Shown: positions 8,447 through 15,108 of the stretch, in pieces
Position numbering within the stretch: the stretch's first letter is position 1
How the letters are laid out: each line of letters opens with the position of its first letter
Source of the DNA: Armatimonadota bacterium
GTDB lineage: Bacteria; Armatimonadota; Zipacnadia; Zipacnadales; UBA5352
Assembly (NCBI GenBank): GCA_034722055.1
Contig: JAYENL010000247.1
Location: forward strand, 1-24,317
DNA: 24,317 nt
Direction: 5' to 3'
Program-made: the position numbers and the translations under genes
Notes under the pieces: generated by a model
Told to the model about the DNA's origin: nothing
What the model saw: only the letters and a program-made list of their open reading frames with translations
The model's database searches: none

Positions 8447-11400
8447 CTAGTCGATCCGCCTCAGTTTGGGGTCACGCCAGTGGCTGATGCCGGCCGCGTG
8501 CCAGTTGAACAGCTCTACCTGAATGCGGCCGGTGCGCTCGGGGACCTGGAACTCGGCCGTGACCTCCCTCCAGTCGGTATCGCCGGTCAGCGGATCGGTC
8601 ATGACCCAGTCGCCGGCGCCCTGGCTGGGATCATCGCGGTCGAAGAAGATAACGCGCACCAGCGCCCCGCCGTCGGTCGAGCGCACGTGCTCGGTGCGGC
8701 CCTGAACGCTGAAGCGGTACCGCTCGCCCGGTATGACCATGCTCGTGGTCCAGCGCCAGGCGCCGCGGTCGCTCTGGCTGGGGGTGCTGATGCTGAGCAC
8801 GTCGTCGCGAGTGCTGTGGCCGACGGTGCCCTCATAGCGGGCGATGTCCCAGCGTGCCACCGACAGGTCCAGTGGCGCCAGCGTCCCCTCGGCGGCGTAC
8901 TCGCGGCCGGCGGCGGACGCGGTGACAGTCACCGTCCCGGCCTCGGGCACGCCCTCAGGGGCCTGCCATGGGAAGACGCACTCAGCCTCCTCGCCGGCCG
9001 GAACGTCCAGCGTCATGCCCGGCTCGGGCAGGCGCAGCCACTGAGGGCCCGACGCCAGGCACTCCACGGTCAGGTCGCCGTCGCTGCGGTTGTGAAGTGC
9101 AGCGACCAGGCGCCCGGCCTGCACCTGAAGGCCGACCTCCAGCGGCTCCTCGATCAGCACGTGCTCCTGTGAGGTCCAGGTGCGGTCGCCTATCGTCACC
9201 TCGACGGTGACCGGATGTCCACCGGCCGGGGCACCGTCGGGAGACGCGAACGGCAGTGACACGTCGCGGGAGCGGCTCGTCGCGAACCGCACCGGCTCCG
9301 CACTCCAGCCCTCGGGAACCCGCAGTCGAGCGGTCGCGAAGCCCTCCTCGACATCGACCAGCGGCCGGAAGCGCAGCTCAACGGCGGACTGGTTGCCCGC
9401 CGCCGTCACCGGCGCCATGGCGCGCAGCAGCCACGGGCTCGACTCCGCGAGCAGCAGCACCGTGGACAGCTCCGACGCCGGCGCCTCGACGCTCGCCCGG
9501 CCGTCCCGCAGCGTCATCTCGATGGGCTGAAGCGGCTGATCCAGTGTTGCGCACAACGCGCGGGCAGGCTCGGTGTCGCCGGTGTCCACCGAGATTGAGG
9601 CGCCCTCCACGGCATCCTCGTTCAGCACGTTGACCAGCCATCCGCGCGCCTCCCCGGTGTCCAGCCGCCAGAGCTTGGCGCGCACGCGCTGGTCGCTGAC
9701 CGTCAGTCCGATCTCGTCCCGGAAGCGCCCCCGGTAGAGCAGCGGGCCGGTCTCCTGCCGGAGGCGCAGGACTCCTCGGATGTGCGCCATGACCTCCTCG
9801 GAGCGCTCGAAGATGTCGAAGCGGTTGCCCAGCAGGAAGACCTCGTTGATCGTCTGCCGGTCGCTGAGCGTCGCGCCTGCCATGCCGTTCGCGAAGCCGT
9901 CATAGCAGATGAAGTCGGGTAGCGTGTAGCGGATGACCTCGGGCGCCACGTGCTGCCAGCGGCGGCTGGCCACCGGCGAGAGCAGGAAGATGTCCACCCA
10001 CTGACCGTAGACGTCGGCCAGGCCCTCGGTGGCCAGGGTGAAATGCGGCTCATGCTCTCGCCCGTCGGTCTTGAGGCGCTGGAAGTTGCGCAGATGCCCC
10101 CGGCCCCAGGCGCCCACATAGTCGTCATGCCCGTGGCCCAGCGCATAGCAGGCCTTGGCGGCCGCCGCCCCCACCTGATCCACGTACATGGCGTCCACGC
10201 CATACTCCGCCACGTAGCGCTCCACGATGTAGTGGTGCAGGTAATCCTGCCAGCCGGTGGCGTGCGAGCACATCAGGTAGAACGAACAGGGGTAGGGCGA
10301 CTCGTCCCCCGGCGGCTTGGCATACTGGGGGTAGAAGCTGCCATCCGGCTGCCGCAGGGCGTGGCGCTTGAAGCCGCCTTCCCAGTCCGGAATGAGCGCG
10401 TCGTCCGGCAGCAGCCCCTCGTACACCGGGCGCAGCCTGGGGTAGCGCGGGTTCCAGGCCTGGCCGTTGGTGTAGAAGCCGATGTGGCCGCCGGCGCCGC
10501 GCACATACGAAATGGCCCGGGCGAACTCCTCCTCGGTGCCGTAGCGCGGGTCGGGGAAGTAGAGGCGATTGCAGCAGCTCTCGCCGGCCGCCAGCCCCGT
10601 CATCATCTGCCCCCAGAACTCCACGTAGCTCAGCCCCAGCCTCCGTGCCAGCCGGTAGCGGCTGGGGATGTAGCGGAGGAAGTCGCCGTCCCGGCCGGAG
10701 CCCAGCCATCCGTCGGCGTCCACCACCCATTCCGGCGGCTGGTAGGGTCGCATCCAGCCATAGAGCCACTCACGGTAGCGGTCGGCGGCCCAGTGCCAGT
10801 CGCCCTCGTGGGGCGCCACCACGAAGTCCTCGGTCCGAAAGCTCTCGCCGGGGCGGATCCGCGGCATCTTGCTCATCCCGAGCGTCAGCGTCTCGCCGTC
10901 CGGGCCGCCTGTAGCCTGCAGCGCGCCCATCAGCACCGTCTCATCCTGGGACGCCACGTAGAGGCCCTGCGGCCGCTCGCCCTCCTCGTAGACATCCAGC
11001 CAGTTCATCATGGCCCGGCCGCTGGGGTAGTAGGCCGTCCCCGGAGCGCTGCGGGCCGGCCACGGGATCCGCCGGCAGCCCCAGCGCGGCCACATCAGCC
11101 AGTCGTCCTCCGCGTGTTCCCCGACGCGAACTCCGGGGATCAGCGGGAAGTGCACCTCCACCATGTGGATGCCCTCACCGCGGTTGGTGACCTCGATCCA
11201 CCATCTCGGCAGCCCGTCCGCGGGCAGCTCCGCGTGGCACAGCACCTCACAGGCCCCGCCGGGAACCTGCGCCCGGAAGCGCAGGTCCACCGCCGGCGGG
11301 TCCTGCCTCATCTCGTGGGCGAGGAGGGCGACGTCCTCGTCCGGAACAGCCACGACCTCCCCGCCGTCGTGGGGCAGGTACCGCAGCCGGAACAGCGGAC

Positions 11401-12430
11401 CCCTGCCGCGGCTGAGAATGGTGCCCGTCGCCAGGTTGCGGACGCCGATGCACCCTCCGCTGGCGAGATCGAAGTCGAACGCCACGCGATCGTCGCTGAG
11501 CGTGGCCTTCCACGGCCCGCCGTCGTAGGTGACCTCGATCGCCTCGATTGCGGCGCCCTCCGGTGGGCCGTCCAGCCGCAGGCGCACCCGAAGCGCATCC
11601 TCGCCCTCGCCCGCCACCGGCAGACCGCTCAGGTCCCCGCCGGGCGCCTCCTGCCAGCTCTGGCCCCCATCCACCGATGCCTCGATGTGCGCGCGCTCCG
11701 CCAGCTCTGCGGGGCGGACCGCCACGTCTCGCCAGGCCACGACCGACGTCGGCCGCAGCTCCGGTGTTGTGACCTGCAGCCACGGGGGCGGACCGGGCTC
11801 GGCGCCCAGGCCGAGGTCGGTGGCATCGGACGGCTCGTAGCCCCCGCGGCCGAGCAGCGCCAGGTCAAGCTGCGTGCCGTCCTCGCGCCAGGTAATCCTG
11901 ACCGTGTGCAGGCCCGGCTCCAGGTGCCACACGGGCCCCGGCTCCCAGTGCCAGACGCCGATGACCTCCGGGCCCTCCGAGTTGCCGAAGACCTCGTCCT
12001 CGCCGCCGTCGAGTGAGAGGTAGAAGGAGTTCCCGCCGATGTCGGGCCAGAAGGTCCGCACCCACAGGCGGTAATCCCCCGGCTCGGGGATGCTGACTGA
12101 CAGGATCGCCGCGGCCGACTTGCCTTGGTAGGTCCCATCCGGGACGTGCAGGTAGCTTCCGCCGCCGGCCTCCTCGGCGGCGACCTCCTCCACGGGGCCG
12201 GTGATCTCGCTGGCGCGCTCGGCCTCCACGCGCAGCGGTTCGTCCGGCGGCACCGCGAAGGTCGCTCGTGGCACGATTCGGCCGCTCTGCATAGTGCAGC
12301 CCTTCAGCTCGCAGGCCGGGAGCGGGGCCTGCCACCGGTGCTGCTGCGCGGCAGCTACGCTGACGGCACACAGCAGAGCAGCGGCGAGAGAACACGGCTT
12401 TCGGATGCGGCGCCGGATTGCGCCCACCAT
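8447..12430 (-). CDS. Large secreted DUF6259-like putative glycoside hydrolase (CBM-like module, beta-supersandwich, TIM barrel, NEW3/Ig-like domain and C-terminal CBM-like domain), ~1327 aa
   Basis: SD GGGAG before ATG 12430. Signal peptide ...SLAAALLCAVSVAAA|QQ. PHEGDWHWAADRYREW, GHIGFYTNG, MCSHATGWQD, YGVDAMYVDQVG and TEGLADVY fit DUF6259 or clan-D-like barrels with an Asp nucleophile. LRVPEGWS is NEW3-like. The track's extra 225 N-terminal codons overlap the opposite-strand gene and are rejected. Confidence 0.72.
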   Translation of the reverse strand: MVGAIRRRIRKPCSLAAALLCAVSVAAAQQHRWQAPLPACELKGCTMQSGRIVPRATFAVPPDEPLRVEAERASEITGPVEEVAAEEAGGGSYLHVPDGTYQGKSAAAILSVSIPEPGDYRLWVRTFWPDIGGNSFYLSLDGGEDEVFGNSEGPEVIGVWHWEPGPVWHLEPGLHTVRITWREDGTQLDLALLGRGGYEPSDATDLGLGAEPGPPPWLQVTTPELRPTSVVAWRDVAVRPAELAERAHIEASVDGGQSWQEAPGGDLSGLPVAGEGEDALRVRLRLDGPPEGAAIEAIEVTYDGGPWKATLSDDRVAFDFDLASGGCIGVRNLATGTILSRGRGPLFRLRYLPHDGGEVVAVPDEDVALLAHEMRQDPPAVDLRFRAQVPGGACEVLCHAELPADGLPRWWIEVTNRGEGIHMVEVHFPLIPGVRVGEHAEDDWLMWPRWGCRRIPWPARSAPGTAYYPSGRAMMNWLDVYEEGERPQGLYVASQDETVLMGALQATGGPDGETLTLGMSKMPRIRPGESFRTEDFVVAPHEGDWHWAADRYREWLYGWMRPYQPPEWVVDADGWLGSGRDGDFLRYIPSRYRLARRLGLSYVEFWGQMMTGLAAGESCCNRLYFPDPRYGTEEEFARAISYVRGAGGHIGFYTNGQAWNPRYPRLRPVYEGLLPDDALIPDWEGGFKRHALRQPDGSFYPQYAKPPGDESPYPCSFYLMCSHATGWQDYLHHYIVERYVAEYGVDAMYVDQVGAAAAKACYALGHGHDDYVGAWGRGHLRNFQRLKTDGREHEPHFTLATEGLADVYGQWVDIFLLSPVASRRWQHVAPEVIRYTLPDFICYDGFANGMAGATLSDRQTINEVFLLGNRFDIFERSEEVMAHIRGVLRLRQETGPLLYRGRFRDEIGLTVSDQRVRAKLWRLDTGEARGWLVNVLNEDAVEGASISVDTGDTEPARALCATLDQPLQPIEMTLRDGRASVEAPASELSTVLLLAESSPWLLRAMAPVTAAGNQSAVELRFRPLVDVEEGFATARLRVPEGWSAEPVRFATSRSRDVSLPFASPDGAPAGGHPVTVEVTIGDRTWTSQEHVLIEEPLEVGLQVQAGRLVAALHNRSDGDLTVECLASGPQWLRLPEPGMTLDVPAGEEAECVFPWQAPEGVPEAGTVTVTASAAGREYAAEGTLAPLDLSVARWDIARYEGTVGHSTRDDVLSISTPSQSDRGAWRWTTSMVIPGERYRFSVQGRTEHVRSTDGGALVRVIFFDRDDPSQGAGDWVMTDPLTGDTDWREVTAEFQVPERTGRIQVELFNWHAAGISHWRDPKLRRID

Positions 12431-12647
12431 GGCCTGACACTCCCTCACACTATGGTGCCGGATTGGCGGCCTCAGCGACCAGATCATTCTTCGCCAGCGC
12501 CCCCGCTGCCTCCCGCCGGCCGTCGCCGGGAGGAGTTGTCTCCGAGCGTGGCGAACCATCCGGGAGCGTGGTGTGACGGCCTCTGCAGCCCACCGGCCGC
12601 CGCATCGCTGGAGGCTATCAATGGTCCATAGAGGCGGTATGATCCCC
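12431..12647. promoter_or_regulatory. Divergent promoter region between the minus-strand glycosidase cluster and the plus-strand GHL10/BNR pair
   Basis: A ~217-nt gap between head-to-head genes. It contains the direct repeat GAGCGTGG at 12544 and 12564. No convincing -35/-10 pair was identified. Confidence 0.5.
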
Positions 12648-13961
12648 ATGACCGGGCGTTCAGTCGCGGCGTGTACAGTCATCACCTGGTACCTCTTGTC
12701 CCTTGGCTGCTCGTGGCACGGCACTCCCACGGCCGCCGACGAGGCGGAGGCCATCCCGAGCATGACGGAGGAAGAGATGCAGCAGCCCCGCGACGTCATC
12801 GTCAACAATGACGGCTTCAGCGCATTCTGGAGCGGCGCGTTCTCAACTGCCGAGGATTTGCAGGAATGGGTCCACCGGTACCAGGACACGGACGTCACGG
12901 TGCTGGAGTGGTGCCTGGGGCCGTGCGGCGGCACGTTCAGCTTCGACACGGAGGTTGGCGACGTCCTGGGCGAGGGCGTTACTGACGAGGAGTTCGAGAA
13001 GCTTCGCCGCGGCGACCGCCGGGCCGCCGAGACTGTCCAGCGGCTCATCGCCGAGGGAAATGACCCGCTGCGTGTGGTCACGGAGCAGGCCGAGGAGGAC
13101 GGCATCCCTCTCTTCGTGTCGCTGAGGATGTGCCCATTCTACGGCAAGACCTACGAAGACTTCCTCAATGGCAGCTTCTGGCACGAGAACCCGGATCTGC
13201 GTGTCGTGAACCAGGGCGGCGGCCTGCACCCGCACATGAGCTACGCCTACCCGGAGGTGCGCCAGTTCTTCCTCGACGTGCTCTCCGAGACGATGCAGTA
13301 CGACATCAAGGGCGTCAACCTGGACTTCCTGCGGCACCCGCCGTTCTTCGGCTTCGAGCCGGTGCTGGTGGAGGGCTTCCAGGCGGAGCACGGCGTCGAG
13401 CCGCCCGGGCCCGAGCCGGAGAAATGGTGGCGCTATCGGGCGCAGTTCATGACCCGGTTCGTGCGCGAGCTGCGCCAGCGGCTGGACGAGGCCGAGCAGC
13501 AACTGGGGCATCCCTTGCGCATCTCAGCGCGCGTCGATCATGACGACTACCTGCAGCAGGGGCTGGATATCGAGACCTGGATCGACGAGGGCCTGCTGGA
13601 CATGCTCATCGTGTCCGAGCACGGCCAGCTTGGCGGCTTCGAGTTCAGCCTGCAGCCCTTCGTGGAGATGCTCGAGGGCAGCGACTGCACGCTGCTGTTC
13701 GGCGAGGAGGCCACCACCTCGGGCCACGACCTCACGCCGGAGGAGGACAAGCGGCTGGCGCGCGGCGAGAAGCTCGAGCTGCAGCGCGGCAGCCTCTCGA
13801 AAACCGATCACTGCCGCCGGGCGCTCCGTTGGTACGCCCGGGGCGCCGACGGCGTGCACATCTTCAACGGGCCCAAGGACTTCAGCACACTCTACTGCCT
13901 GGGCACCGCCGCCAAAGCGCGAGCCTGTCTCGAGGAGGCGGAGGCCCAGGCGCAGCAGTAG
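12648..13961 (+). CDS. Glycosyl hydrolase-like 10 (GHL10/DUF187-like) TIM-barrel protein with a signal peptide (possible lipoprotein), ~437 aa
   Basis: VIVNNDG, DPLRVV...GIPLFVSLRM, FWHENPD, MSYAYPEVR, YDIKGVNLDFLRHPPFF, GLDIETWIDEGLLD and GADGVHIFN are typical of this family. The hydrophobic N-terminus ends in LLSLG|C, an imperfect lipobox. Start is 12648 or 12639. Confidence 0.75.
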   Translation: MTGRSVAACTVITWYLLSLGCSWHGTPTAADEAEAIPSMTEEEMQQPRDVIVNNDGFSAFWSGAFSTAEDLQEWVHRYQDTDVTVLEWCLGPCGGTFSFDTEVGDVLGEGVTDEEFEKLRRGDRRAAETVQRLIAEGNDPLRVVTEQAEEDGIPLFVSLRMCPFYGKTYEDFLNGSFWHENPDLRVVNQGGGLHPHMSYAYPEVRQFFLDVLSETMQYDIKGVNLDFLRHPPFFGFEPVLVEGFQAEHGVEPPGPEPEKWWRYRAQFMTRFVRELRQRLDEAEQQLGHPLRISARVDHDDYLQQGLDIETWIDEGLLDMLIVSEHGQLGGFEFSLQPFVEMLEGSDCTLLFGEEATTSGHDLTPEEDKRLARGEKLELQRGSLSKTDHCRRALRWYARGADGVHIFNGPKDFSTLYCLGTAAKARACLEEAEAQAQQ

Positions 13962-13987
13962 CGCCGGCGGCCGGAGGGGTTCATGCC

Positions 13988-15097
13988 ATGCCTCAGATCC
14001 AGGTGCTCGACACCGGTCTCATCTACCGCAATCCCAAGCCCCACGTGCGGGCCATCCACGCCATCTTCCCGTCGGTGGTGGTCCTCGACGACGGCGAGAT
14101 GCTGGCCTCGCTGGCGCTGGCCGAGGCCTTTGAGTCTGTGGACATGCACACGCACCTGGCACGCAGCACCGATGGCGGCGCGACGTGGCAGCTTCAGGGC
14201 GCGCTCTACCGCCGTCGGGAGCTGACCTCGGACTCGGCGCGGATCACGGCCGCCCCGGACGGGGAGATCGTGGCGCTGGTGAACGAGTGCGACCGCAGCG
14301 ATCATCCCGACGACGGCCTGGCGAAACCCGACACCCTGGGCTTCGTCCCCACGCAGTTCTGGCTGCTGCGCTCGCAGGATCAGGGCCGCACATGGTCGGC
14401 CCCGACGCCCATTGCCCCACCCCTGGTCGGGCCCTCCTTCGAGCTGTGCAGCCCCATCGTGCCTCTCAGCGAGGGGCGGTGGCTGCTGCCTACCTCAACC
14501 TGGCGAGGGTGGGACGGCTCAGAGCCCAGCGGCATGAAGATGGTGGCCTTCATCTCGGAGGATCGAGGCGCGAGCTGGCCGCAGCACGTGGAGGTCATGA
14601 GCGACCCGGCCGGGGAGATCATCTACTGGGAGTCCAAGATCGCACAGATGGCCGATGGAACGCTTCTGGCCGTGGCGTGGGCCTACGATGAGGGGGCCGG
14701 TGAGGACCTGCCCAACCAGTACGCGCTCAGCGATGATGGGGGCCTGACGTGGTCGCCGCCGACCTCCACGGGCCTGCAGGGACAGACCATGGACGTGCTC
14801 GCGCTGGAGGACGGTCGCGTGCTGGCCATCTACCGGCGGATGGATCGCAGCGGCCTGTGGGCGGCGCTGGTGAGCGTGGAGGACGAGCGCTGGGAGACCC
14901 TCCAGCAGACTCCGGTCTGGGGCGCGGAGGTGGAGGGCCTGACCAGCTCAACCGATGACATGGTGGCGAACTTCAACGTCCTGCGGTTCGGCGCCCCATG
15001 CGTGATCGGGCTGCCGGACGGCGGCATCTTCGTTGCGTTCTGGTGCTACGAGGAGTGCGTCTCCAACATCCGCTGGTTCAGGCTGGCAGTGCAGTAG
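13988..15097 (+). CDS. Cytoplasmic BNR/Asp-box beta-propeller protein (sialidase-like fold), 369 aa
   Basis: SD GGAGG (13973-13977). Four Asp-boxes: STDGGATW, SQDQGRTW, SEDRGASW and SDDGGLTW. No signal peptide. It starts 26 nt after the GHL10 stop. Confidence 0.82.
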   Translation: MPQIQVLDTGLIYRNPKPHVRAIHAIFPSVVVLDDGEMLASLALAEAFESVDMHTHLARSTDGGATWQLQGALYRRRELTSDSARITAAPDGEIVALVNECDRSDHPDDGLAKPDTLGFVPTQFWLLRSQDQGRTWSAPTPIAPPLVGPSFELCSPIVPLSEGRWLLPTSTWRGWDGSEPSGMKMVAFISEDRGASWPQHVEVMSDPAGEIIYWESKIAQMADGTLLAVAWAYDEGAGEDLPNQYALSDDGGLTWSPPTSTGLQGQTMDVLALEDGRVLAIYRRMDRSGLWAALVSVEDERWETLQQTPVWGAEVEGLTSSTDDMVANFNVLRFGAPCVIGLPDGGIFVAFWCYEECVSNIRWFRLAVQ

Positions 15098-15108
15098 ACG
15101 CGCTCCCG

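Noticed and set aside
2724..12016. Long plus-strand ORFs (2724-4721, 5017-7560, 9950-12016) and similar shadow ORFs elsewhere (66-782, 1230-2447, 16846-18156, 18080-19144, 19552-20691, 20688-21653)
   Set aside because: They lie antisense to well-supported genes, have low-complexity R/A/G/H/V-rich translations and no motifs. This is the expected artefact of high-GC codon bias.
12431..13105. 225-codon N-terminal extension of the 1552-aa ORF overlapping the GHL10 gene
   Set aside because: The extension is Ser/Arg-rich antisense-type sequence. An SD and signal peptide appear only at ATG 12430.
13829..13987. Upstream extension of the BNR gene containing an RRRR stretch (possible Tat leader)
   Set aside because: It overlaps the GHL10 coding region and has no hydrophobic h-region. 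An SD supports ATG 13988.
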